A DNA stretch of 64,000 nt, taken from contig CAWHEU010000004.1 of the NCBI GenBank assembly GCA_963828465.1, positions 73,680 through 137,679 on the forward strand. The letters are read 5' to 3'. The position numbers and the translations under genes were made by a program. Position 1 is the stretch's first letter; every line of letters starts with the position of its first letter. This document shows, piece by piece, positions 19,307 to 27,762 of the stretch. Below the pieces are notes generated by a model. The model saw only the letters and a program-made list of their open reading frames with translations, was not told where the DNA came from and made no database searches. The DNA is from an uncultured Acidobacteriota bacterium (GTDB taxonomy: Bacteria; Actinomycetota; Acidimicrobiia; Spongiisociales; ZC4RG35).

Positions 19307-20803
19307 GTGACATCAGCCGTGCATGCACTGTTGTTGGCGGTGTTCATGGCTGTGCTTCCTCCTGGAGGCTCGTTCGTCGATGACGACGGGAACGTCCACG
19401 AGGGGGGTATCGAGGCGATCGCCGCCGAAGGCATCACCCGTGGCTGCAACCCACCGGCCAACGACCGTTACTGTCCGGAAAAGACAGTCACTCGGGGCCA
19501 AATGGCGGTGTTCCTGGCCCGCGCCCTCGATCTCGGCCCCACCTCCAACGACTATTTCATCGACGACGAAACCAGCCTGTTCGAAGCCGGGATCAACCGT
19601 CTCGCCGCCGCCGGGATTACCCAGGGCTGCAATCCGCCGGCCAACAACCGGTTCTGTCCCGAACAGGAAATGACCCGTGGCCAGATGGCAGCCATGCTGG
19701 CCAGAGCCTTCGACTATCCGGTGTCACACCACAACCGGTTCAACGACGACAACGGTCACATCTTCGAACAGGCAATCCAGAAGATCGCCGCCGCTGGAGT
19801 GACCGTCGGCTGCAATCCACCGGCCAACAACCGGTTCTGTCCCAACGATCCGATCAGACGAGACCAGATGGCCACCCTCCTCACCCGAGCCAACCACCTC
19901 ACCCCAAACCGACCACCCGGGCGATGCCCCACACTCCCGGCGGACGACATCTGGAACACCCCGATCGATCATCTACCGGTGCACACACGCTCGACTCAAT
20001 ACGTGTCGTCGATCGGGCTCTTGGCCCATCTCCACCCCGACTTCGGATCGGGTGTCTGGCCGCCCGGATCCAACAGCCCCATCGGGATCCCATATGTCGA
20101 GGCGCCGTCCGGCACACCTGCCGTGACCGTCACTTATACCGCCTATGGCAGCGAGTCGGACCCGGGCCCGTTGCCGATTCCCGCCGGCGCTCCGATCGAG
20201 GGTGGGCCCGATTCGTCGGGCGATCGTCACGTCATCGTCGTCGACCGATATCGATGCGAGCTCTTCGAGCTATTCGATGCCCATCCGGGACCAGGCTCAT
20301 CCTGGCGAGCAGCATCAGGAGCCCGGTATCAGCTCGATTCGTCTCGACTTCGCCCCGATGGTTGGACTTCGGCCGACGCTGCCGGCCTACCGATCTTTCC
20401 GGGTCTGGTTCGATACGACGAAGTTGCCTCCGGGCACATCGATCACGCCATCAGATTCACGGCGCCGCAAACGCGGTCGGCGCACGTTTGGCCCGCCCGC
20501 CACCACGCCTCGAGTTCGCCCAACCTGGCCCTGCCGGCGATGGGGCAGAGGTTTCGCCTCTCGGCCCAGTTCGACATCTCGGGTTTCTCACCTCAGGTGC
20601 AGGTGATCCTGCGGGCCTTCAAGGAGTACGGGATCATCCTCGCCGACAATGGCTCCCCGTGGTACATCTCCGGGAGCCCGGACCCCAGGTGGGACAACGA
20701 TCTGTTGCGTGAGTTGAAGGAGATCCCCGGGTCCGCATTCGAGGCGGTCGATGTCTCGTCGTTGATGATCGATCCCGGCTCCGGACAGGCGCGTCAGCCC
20801 TGA
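19307..20803 (+). CDS. Surface protein with the same three SLH-like repeats and a different, unrecognised ~300-aa C-terminal domain
   Basis: The first ~200 aa are near-identical to the upstream paralog. The C-terminal region (RYRCELFELFDAHPG...ILADNGSPWYISGSPDPRWDN) matches nothing I can name. Confidence 0.55.
   Translation: MTSAVHALLLAVFMAVLPPGGSFVDDDGNVHEGGIEAIAAEGITRGCNPPANDRYCPEKTVTRGQMAVFLARALDLGPTSNDYFIDDETSLFEAGINRLAAAGITQGCNPPANNRFCPEQEMTRGQMAAMLARAFDYPVSHHNRFNDDNGHIFEQAIQKIAAAGVTVGCNPPANNRFCPNDPIRRDQMATLLTRANHLTPNRPPGRCPTLPADDIWNTPIDHLPVHTRSTQYVSSIGLLAHLHPDFGSGVWPPGSNSPIGIPYVEAPSGTPAVTVTYTAYGSESDPGPLPIPAGAPIEGGPDSSGDRHVIVVDRYRCELFELFDAHPGPGSSWRAASGARYQLDSSRLRPDGWTSADAAGLPIFPGLVRYDEVASGHIDHAIRFTAPQTRSAHVWPARHHASSSPNLALPAMGQRFRLSAQFDISGFSPQVQVILRAFKEYGIILADNGSPWYISGSPDPRWDNDLLRELKEIPGSAFEAVDVSSLMIDPGSGQARQP
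19315..19917. repeat. Direct repeat copy B, 603 bp
   Basis: Same as copy A; the offset between copies is 1622 bp. Confidence 0.9.
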
Positions 20804-20826
20804 GCGGGCCCGCCCGTCCGGGTATC

Positions 20827-21204
20827 TCAGCGACTCAGGGCGCGCCAGATCCCGACCGAGGCCAGAAGCAGCGTGACTCCGATCTTGGTGAAATCGATCA
20901 CCGGCGTCACCTCGACCCTGCTGGGTGTGACCCTGATCATTGCCACCGGACGCCCCTGGGAGAAGCCTCCGCCACCTCCACCCTCTCCAGTGCCAATCTC
21001 GTCTTCGCCGCTCTGGCCCTGGCCGGCGCCGAACCCGAAACCACCGGCCCGCTCCCATGCCACCGCGGTGACGATGAGGTCGTCGCCGTGTTTGATCGGC
21101 TCGGAGAACAACGCACTCGGGGACGCCTCGCCGAAGAGCCCGGTGAGGGCGTCGCCGATCTGCGAGGCGATCGCCTCCGAAGTCGTCTGATCGTCATTTG
21201 CCAT
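20827..21204 (-). CDS. GerW/YtfJ-family (spore germination protein-like) protein
   Basis: A Gly-rich core followed by a beta segment: AWERAGGFGFGAGQGQSGEDEIGTGEGGGGGGFSQGRPVAMIRVTPSRVEVTPV. Confidence 0.6.
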   Translation of the reverse strand: MANDDQTTSEAIASQIGDALTGLFGEASPSALFSEPIKHGDDLIVTAVAWERAGGFGFGAGQGQSGEDEIGTGEGGGGGGFSQGRPVAMIRVTPSRVEVTPVIDFTKIGVTLLLASVGIWRALSR

Positions 21205-21451
21205 CGAGCCACCTCCAGATTCCGGCCAACACGAGCATCACGACAGCAGCCAGCCTGACCTCCATCACGTGATCCCGGATCGGGATTACCACACCGCTGT
21301 CAGGGAGCCTGACGAGGACGGGTCGGTGATATGTGAAGCCACCGCCGCCAATCGAGGTCGTCCAGTAGAAACCACTGTCGGCAAACGTCAAAGTGACACC
21401 ACTGGCGCCATCGACCGCCTGCTCTGATCGGGCATGTCTGAACCGCAACAT
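21194..21451 (-). CDS. Small membrane protein; a truncated paralog of the C-terminal half of the adjacent GerW-like protein
   Basis: GGGGFTYHRPVLVRLPDSGVVIPIRD...AGIWRWL aligns with GGGGFSQGRPVAMIRVTPSRVEVTPVID...VGIWRAL of the neighbour. Confidence 0.4.
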   Translation of the reverse strand: MLRFRHARSEQAVDGASGVTLTFADSGFYWTTSIGGGGFTYHRPVLVRLPDSGVVIPIRDHVMEVRLAAVVMLVLAGIWRWLDGK

Positions 21452-21474
21452 GGCACCACCCTACAAACCCGGCG

Positions 21475-22920
21475 TCATAGCCCGGTCAGCATCTGGTCTA
21501 CTGGCGCGAAGTCGTCGGTCAAGGGGCGGGCGTCGTCGATGAACCGGGCCAGCTCGTCACCGGTCAGCCCGACCTCCACCCCGCCTCTGGAGGAGAGAGC
21601 CGATCGCACCCGATCCATGTCGATCGGATCGTCCGACCCAACGAGGACGTAATTGCCACCTCGGTCCCCCGTGAAGTAGTCCCCCGGGGCGAACACCGCC
21701 ACGTGGCCGAACACCTCCTTGAGCGTCGCAGCCTCGGCCCGGGCGAAACGCGCCTCGGGCCGGTCGATCACGTTGACCGTGTAGAACCCTCCCGGCGCCA
21801 GCGAGTCACCGATCATCTCGACGAACTCCACCGTGGTGAGATGCCACGGCACTGTGAGGCCGGTGAACGCGTCACCGACTACGACATCGACCGAGCCTGG
21901 TGCAACTTCTGTGATCGATCTCCGTGCGTCATCGACAATCACCTCGGCCTCGTCCTCGAACCCGAGATGACGCCGGCCGATATCGACCAGCGAGGCATCG
22001 ATCTCGAGAACCCGGTGTTCGGTGCCCGGTCGTGTGGCAGCCAGATACCCGGGCAAGGTGAATCCCCCTCCACCAATGGAGACGACATCGAGAGGGCCCG
22101 AGGGCATCTCGACATCGATCAGATCGGCCATCACCCGGATGTAGCGAAACTCGAGGTGGGTCGGGTCCTCGAGGTCGACGTAGCTGTTGTGGCCACGATC
22201 CAGGATCAGCAACCTCCCCGACGGGCGCGCAGTGTCGGCAACCACTTCGGCGCAGTGGTAGGAGGTCTCGTATTGGCACGGTCCTTCCCACACGAGGGCA
22301 AAGCCGCTCAGGAGGAACAGCGCAGCGATGGATGCGGTGACGGTCCAGGCGCTCCGACCGACCCACACCGCCACCCCGAACGCGACCAGCACCACCCCCA
22401 CGACGATCACGATCGGCCGGGTGGGGAAGGCGGCGATCAGGACGAATCCGGTGACGAAGGTGCCGAATAAGGCCCCCGCGGTCCCGATGGCGGAGTACGT
22501 GCCGACCACGGACCCAGTCTCTTGCAAAGAGGCGAGCCTGATCTTGACCACGATCGGCGGGATCGCCGACAGGATCGCGGCAGGGGCGAAGAACCCGATG
22601 AGGCTGAGACCAACGATCGAGAGAGGCCCGGTCGAAGCGGCCGGGCCAACGAGGTCGACGAGCAGAGGAGACGCCACCGCCGTCAACCCGCCGGCAACAA
22701 GGAGAGGGCCGATCAGGCGACGGGGGTCGCCGCGATCGGCCGCCCGCCCCCCGGCCCAAGCTCCCACCGAGATCCCGGCGAGGATCACACCGATGATGCC
22801 AGTGAACACCTCGAGGCTGACCCCCAGGTAGGGCGCAAGCAGTCGCCCGGCGAGGATCTCGAGAATGAGGACCGCGGCGGAGGTGATGAAGACGAGTGAC
22901 CGGGCGAGGAGCTGTGGCAA
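21475..22920 (-). CDS. Fused polyamine aminopropyltransferase (spermidine synthase-like) with an N-terminal polytopic membrane domain
   Basis: About 200 aa with multiple TM segments, then a PABS methyltransferase-fold region (VVSIGGGGFTLPGYLA...VDVVVGDAFTG). Confidence 0.7.
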   Translation of the reverse strand: MPQLLARSLVFITSAAVLILEILAGRLLAPYLGVSLEVFTGIIGVILAGISVGAWAGGRAADRGDPRRLIGPLLVAGGLTAVASPLLVDLVGPAASTGPLSIVGLSLIGFFAPAAILSAIPPIVVKIRLASLQETGSVVGTYSAIGTAGALFGTFVTGFVLIAAFPTRPIVIVVGVVLVAFGVAVWVGRSAWTVTASIAALFLLSGFALVWEGPCQYETSYHCAEVVADTARPSGRLLILDRGHNSYVDLEDPTHLEFRYIRVMADLIDVEMPSGPLDVVSIGGGGFTLPGYLAATRPGTEHRVLEIDASLVDIGRRHLGFEDEAEVIVDDARRSITEVAPGSVDVVVGDAFTGLTVPWHLTTVEFVEMIGDSLAPGGFYTVNVIDRPEARFARAEAATLKEVFGHVAVFAPGDYFTGDRGGNYVLVGSDDPIDMDRVRSALSSRGGVEVGLTGDELARFIDDARPLTDDFAPVDQMLTGL

Positions 22921-23354
22921 CCGCCGGAGTATGCCCTACTCGGTCAACGAGCAGCGAGGCACCATGACTTTCACTTCTCTCTCTCGCTCGCTCTCGTTAG
23001 GGGCTGAACCTTCGCCTCGTGTTAGCCGTGACCCTGCGGGCTGTGGCGTACAGCCACGCCCGAGCAGCACCGCCCGGTGGGACCAGATCGATCTTTCGCC
23101 AAGCCACCAGGAAGACCTCTGCCACTGCGTCCTCGGCGTCGGCCCTCGACGAGGTTCGCCAGTTGCATACGAAGCGATGTCGAGTCGGTGGGCCTCGAAC
23201 AGGGCATCGAACTTCCGGCGACGCCTCGCTTCGCCGCTCATGTCGCTACCTGAGATATGGCTGGGCCAGTCATCTATCGGTGAAATGTCCGGCATTCTTC
23301 GAATCGTTTGAGGCCATCTGACGAGATGGTTGACACCGTATCGGGCGGCGTACG

Positions 23355-25322
23355 ATGCCGCCGATGCGGAGGTGGCGTCGCGTCGGGGTTTTGTTGCTCC
23401 TGGCTGCGTGCACGTCGGATGCCGGGTCCGGGACCACGACGACGACCCAGTCGAATGCCACGACGACTGCGCCCACCCCGACCGCCACGATCGCACGACC
23501 CGCTACCGATCAACTTCTCGAGGACCTCGACGCGAGCCTTTGCCCCGACTCGCGGTTCAGCTGTGTGACGCTCGACATGCCGATGAATCATTTCGATGCC
23601 GCCGACGTGCGGACCATTCCCGTGACATTTGCCGTGCTCCCTGCCACCGGGGAAAGACTCGGAGCTTTCGTAACCGCCACCGGTGGCCCGGGTAGCTCCG
23701 GGATCGCCGTGGCCGACTCGTACACCGACGCCCTCGACCCGGCGATTCCCGAGTCGTATGACATCGTCTTCTTCGATCAGCGGGGAATAGCCATGTCTGG
23801 TGGGCTCAGCTGCCCCCAGGCGGCCGCGGCCTACTACCGGGTCGATGCCACAACGGCTCTCGGGTTCGACCAGGAGGAGCTCACATCGGCCGCCTCGACG
23901 TTCGCCGACGATTGTGTTGCAGAGATGGGCGATCCGGAGATGCTCCCCTATCTGGGGACCGATCAAGTCGTCGAGGACCTCGAGGTCTTTCGGGACACGT
24001 TCGGCTACGAGCAGATCGTCCTCTACGGGGAGAGCTACGGCACCCAGGTATCCCAGACCTATGCCGCCTTCCACGGAGACCAAGTCGCCCGATTGATCCT
24101 CGACGGGACGGTCGACCTCACCTTGGAGGCGTTCGACTTCTTCGATGAGCAGGCAACGGCCTTCGGGGACACACTCCAATCGACGCTGGACTATTGCGCA
24201 GAGGACGAGTTCTGCGCATCCGACCTCGGCGTCGCCCCGGACGCGTCCTACGACCAGCTCCTCGCATTACTGGCCGAGGGGCCGCTCACGGCGCAATACC
24301 CCTTGCCCAGCGGCGGATTCGAGGAGCGCACCTTTGGGCTCGGAGACCTCGAGGTGGTGGCCAGCGCGCAGATGTACTCCGAGGACGACCGAATGATGTT
24401 TCTACGCGCTCTGGCGGCCCACAGCGGCCGGGGCGATCTGGTGCCCCTGCTACGGCTCCTCTATATCAACCTGGGGATCGACCCCGAGACCGAGGCCGTG
24501 CTCGAAGATCCGACCTACTCGGACGCCATCTTCTATGCAGTCGAATGCCTCGACTATCACTATCCCGGCTCCACGCCGGAGGAGAAAGCGCAGGCCTTCT
24601 TCACGGCAGGCGCCGATCTCAACCCGGGAAGGCTGGGCATCCTGTTCTTCGGGGATCTTCCCTGTGCCTTCTGGCCCGACGCCAGGGAGGATGCGACGCG
24701 CCCGGAGGCTCTGGTCGCGCCGGGAACGCCCGCGGTGGTGTTGGGAGCGACCGCGGACCCCGCCACCCCGTACCAGCAGGGAGTCGACGTCTCGGGCCGT
24801 CTCGAGGACGGGTACCTGATCAGCCAGCAAGGCGGGCCACATGTCATCTTCGGACGGGGCAACGAGTGCCCGGACGACGCCGTCACCGACTTCATTCTTG
24901 AGGGCACCGCGCCCGAGGTGACTGAATGCGAGGGAGATGTCGTCGGGTACTACATCACCCTGCTCCCGATCTCCATCGATGAGTTCGACAGCGCCGAGAC
25001 GATGCTGGACTCAGTCGAGTTCGAGATCTTCTACATGCCCGAGTACTACTGGTGGGACACCGTCACCGACACGCCCGCCGGCTGTAACCAGGGTGGAGTC
25101 ATCACGTTCACCGCCCAGGAGGCGACGGACGGTTTCATCCTCGAGGAATGCGTCTTCATGGATGGCCTGACCCTCACCGGGGACGGCTCGTACAACTGGG
25201 ACGAGGACATCTTCACGCTCGACATCCAGATCGGCGCAGCTGATTGCCTCTACTCCTACCAGCGCTCCGGCGAGGAGTACACCGTCGAGGACAACTGCCC
25301 GACCGATCAATTCAACGGCTAG
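23355..25322 (+). CDS. Secreted alpha/beta-hydrolase lipoprotein, TAP-like S33 peptidase family
   Basis: Lipobox LLLAACTS, nucleophile elbow GESYGT, and a C-terminal TAP-like domain. Confidence 0.65.
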   Translation: MPPMRRWRRVGVLLLLAACTSDAGSGTTTTTQSNATTTAPTPTATIARPATDQLLEDLDASLCPDSRFSCVTLDMPMNHFDAADVRTIPVTFAVLPATGERLGAFVTATGGPGSSGIAVADSYTDALDPAIPESYDIVFFDQRGIAMSGGLSCPQAAAAYYRVDATTALGFDQEELTSAASTFADDCVAEMGDPEMLPYLGTDQVVEDLEVFRDTFGYEQIVLYGESYGTQVSQTYAAFHGDQVARLILDGTVDLTLEAFDFFDEQATAFGDTLQSTLDYCAEDEFCASDLGVAPDASYDQLLALLAEGPLTAQYPLPSGGFEERTFGLGDLEVVASAQMYSEDDRMMFLRALAAHSGRGDLVPLLRLLYINLGIDPETEAVLEDPTYSDAIFYAVECLDYHYPGSTPEEKAQAFFTAGADLNPGRLGILFFGDLPCAFWPDAREDATRPEALVAPGTPAVVLGATADPATPYQQGVDVSGRLEDGYLISQQGGPHVIFGRGNECPDDAVTDFILEGTAPEVTECEGDVVGYYITLLPISIDEFDSAETMLDSVEFEIFYMPEYYWWDTVTDTPAGCNQGGVITFTAQEATDGFILEECVFMDGLTLTGDGSYNWDEDIFTLDIQIGAADCLYSYQRSGEEYTVEDNCPTDQFNG

Positions 25323-26377
25323 ACGACCCTTCGCGCCTGTTGCAGGGTGCTCAAGGCGGAGAGAGTCGACTCCGCACCTTGGTTCATGTTCGGCCCTTTC
25401 ACGGCCAGGCCATCGCAGCACCCGCCGGTTTCGAAGTCGTAGAGCACCACATCGCCGTCATTGTCGGCGAGCAGCCAACGGGCAGCTCTCAACACTGCGT
25501 CTCTCCACTTGCCGTCACCCGTGAGTAGCCAGGCCCGGGTGCAGGCATCCGCCATGGCCGCCGCCTCCACCGGTTGCTGGTCATAGCCGGGCCGGGGCTC
25601 GCCCGGTTCCCAGCCGCCGACAGGCGCGAAGCTGTAGTGGTCGTCGCGGGTTTCGATCGTCACCAGCCATTCGAGCAGCCGAAGGCCGGCTTCGACGAGT
25701 TGGTCGTTTCCAAGTGAGATGCCGGCCGCGATCAGGGCTTCGGGGATTCGCGCGTTGTCGTAAGCAAGCCGCGGCTCGGGCCAGGGCCATCCGGGGTCAT
25801 CGGCGACGTGGAGAACACGGGCCCACCGTGTGAGTGCCGCCCTGGCCACAGCATTCTCCGGATCTCCGGCGAGCACCTCGGACGCCCCCAGGATCGCGAA
25901 AGCGTTGGCTCGTGGCGACGTCGACGCGTACCCCTCCTGCTGATGGAACAATCCCAGCGCCGCCCTACGCATCCATTCCTCCGGTCCCAGTCGGGCAGCT
26001 GACCCCAGGCTCCAGATGGCCCGACCCTGTGAGTCGTCGGATCCGATCTCGTCGGCCCACGACTCGTCCGCTCCTCGCCTGTTGTGGAAACCGCCTTGGG
26101 GAAGTGCTGCGTCGGCCACAAACCGAAAATAGACGCGGGCCAACCCGATGAGCTCGGCAGAGGGATCGAATTCACGGCTGAGCAGGATGAGTGCCCGAGC
26201 GTTGTCGTCTGTGCAGTAACCGTGCTCGGGTCGCGGGGTCGTGTACCGGGCGTGCTCCCAGAGACCCACGTGGTCTGTCATCCGCCGCAGGTGTTGGAAA
26301 CGCGGTGCCGGGAGGGCCTCGATGACTTGAAGGATGCCAGCGCCGGCGAACACCGACGACCGACTTGACATGTTCAC
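25319..26377 (-). CDS. Hypothetical protein, probably an (alpha/alpha)6 six-hairpin glycosidase-like fold
   Basis: 352 aa, no clear motif I can name (HGYCTDDNARAL, GGFHNRRGADESW). Its start overlaps the GT4 stop by 4 nt (ATGA-type), which suggests translational coupling. Confidence 0.3.
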   Translation of the reverse strand: MNMSSRSSVFAGAGILQVIEALPAPRFQHLRRMTDHVGLWEHARYTTPRPEHGYCTDDNARALILLSREFDPSAELIGLARVYFRFVADAALPQGGFHNRRGADESWADEIGSDDSQGRAIWSLGSAARLGPEEWMRRAALGLFHQQEGYASTSPRANAFAILGASEVLAGDPENAVARAALTRWARVLHVADDPGWPWPEPRLAYDNARIPEALIAAGISLGNDQLVEAGLRLLEWLVTIETRDDHYSFAPVGGWEPGEPRPGYDQQPVEAAAMADACTRAWLLTGDGKWRDAVLRAARWLLADNDGDVVLYDFETGGCCDGLAVKGPNMNQGAESTLSALSTLQQARRVV

Positions 26378-27570
26378 CCGACCTTGGCGAGCCCCCCGGC
26401 ACGCTGCCCGGAGGAGAACCCGGCCACCAAGGCTTGGCGCTCGACGAGAGTGGAGGCGATGGCTTCGTACCGATCGGCCACTACCGGCCAGTGGAGGGTC
26501 GAACCGATTGAAGTCGCCATCGCCGCCATTCGAGCCGCCACCCCCGGCTCCGAAAAGAGCCTCCGCAAGGCGATCGCCATCGCTTCGGGATCGGAGTGGG
26601 GGACAAGGGCGCCGGCACCGGTGCCGAGCATTTCCACCGCGTGGGGGAAGTCCGTTGCGATCACAGGCTTCCCGGCGGCCAGGGCCTCGACCAACACCCC
26701 CGATGTGACCTGTTCTGTGGACTCATAGGGCAGAAGCACGGCGTCGGCCTGTCGGATCTCCGCAGCGAGGGAATCGGTATCCAAATAACGATTATCGAAC
26801 TCGACGACATCTTCCAGACCCAGCGCGTGCGCCTTCGCCTTCAACCCATCCAGATAGGAATCACCTTGGGTGGCCTGCACCTTGGGATGGGTCTTGCCGA
26901 GGATCACATACCGTGGGAGTGGCTGCAGGTCTTTCACGCTGGCGAAGGCGTCGAGAGCTGTTTCCAGCCCTTTGCCCGGCCCGATCAGCCCCCAGGTCAG
27001 GGCGACCGGTCGCGGCCCACTGGCCTCGCTCGGAACAGCCAGTCCGGGCATCGCCCCATGGGGAACCATGGTCACTCTGTCGGGGTCGAGGTCGTACCTG
27101 TCCCGCAAGCGGCGCACGGCTGTGTCGCTCATGACGATCGTCTGCCCCGCCAGGTCGACGATCCTCTCAAGAATCCACTTCTGTCTCAGCGTCGGCCGGT
27201 CGAGCACGGTATGCAGGGTGACGATCGTTGGGACCTCTACCTCGGAGATGAAGTCGAGTACCTCGGTGCCGTCAGGCCCGCCATAGATCCCATATTCGTG
27301 TTGGAAGAAGACGATGTCGTGGCGGTTGAGGATTCGAATCGCCTGCTTCAAGGAGGATCGATCACCGTTGACGTGCTGCAGCATGACTTCGGGTCGTGAA
27401 TTCTCGAGCCTGCGGTCTCCGAGACTCACCACCTCGAGACCCTCCTCAGATCCGCGCCCATCTGCCATCGCCCCGCGCAAGGCTGCTGTGAAGGTGGCCA
27501 GACCGCAAACGGTAGGTGGATAGGTGCTGACGAATCCGATCGACGGAAGGTTCGCTTGGCTTTGTTTCAT
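26374..27570 (-). CDS. Family 4 glycosyltransferase (GT4)
   Basis: GT-B fold with the C-terminal EX7E-region pattern: PYESTEQVTSGVLVEALAAGKPVIATD. Start placed at MKQSQANLPSIGFVSTYPP. Confidence 0.8.
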   Translation of the reverse strand: MKQSQANLPSIGFVSTYPPTVCGLATFTAALRGAMADGRGSEEGLEVVSLGDRRLENSRPEVMLQHVNGDRSSLKQAIRILNRHDIVFFQHEYGIYGGPDGTEVLDFISEVEVPTIVTLHTVLDRPTLRQKWILERIVDLAGQTIVMSDTAVRRLRDRYDLDPDRVTMVPHGAMPGLAVPSEASGPRPVALTWGLIGPGKGLETALDAFASVKDLQPLPRYVILGKTHPKVQATQGDSYLDGLKAKAHALGLEDVVEFDNRYLDTDSLAAEIRQADAVLLPYESTEQVTSGVLVEALAAGKPVIATDFPHAVEMLGTGAGALVPHSDPEAMAIALRRLFSEPGVAARMAAMATSIGSTLHWPVVADRYEAIASTLVERQALVAGFSSGQRAGGLAKVG

Positions 27571-27762
27571 AGAGATCTCCGTGATGTGAACGACCGGTGA
27601 ATGCGTCGGCTGTTGATGATCCACAGCAATTCGCCGGCTACGGAGAGCTGCATTCCATGAGCCCTGCGGGATAACGAAAGACTGGCACCGAGGCCGCGTC
27701 GAAGTCATACCGTACCAGTCATCCCGCCCAAGCCACTATCGCGCCCACCCACCCTGGGGCGA

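Noticed and set aside
22865-23496. ORFs 22865-23311 (+) and 22936-23496 (-) in the ~430-bp gap between the spermidine synthase-like gene and the TAP hydrolase
   Set aside because: No conserved features, Arg/Ser-rich translations, and they overlap each other. This is more likely a divergent promoter region than coding sequence.
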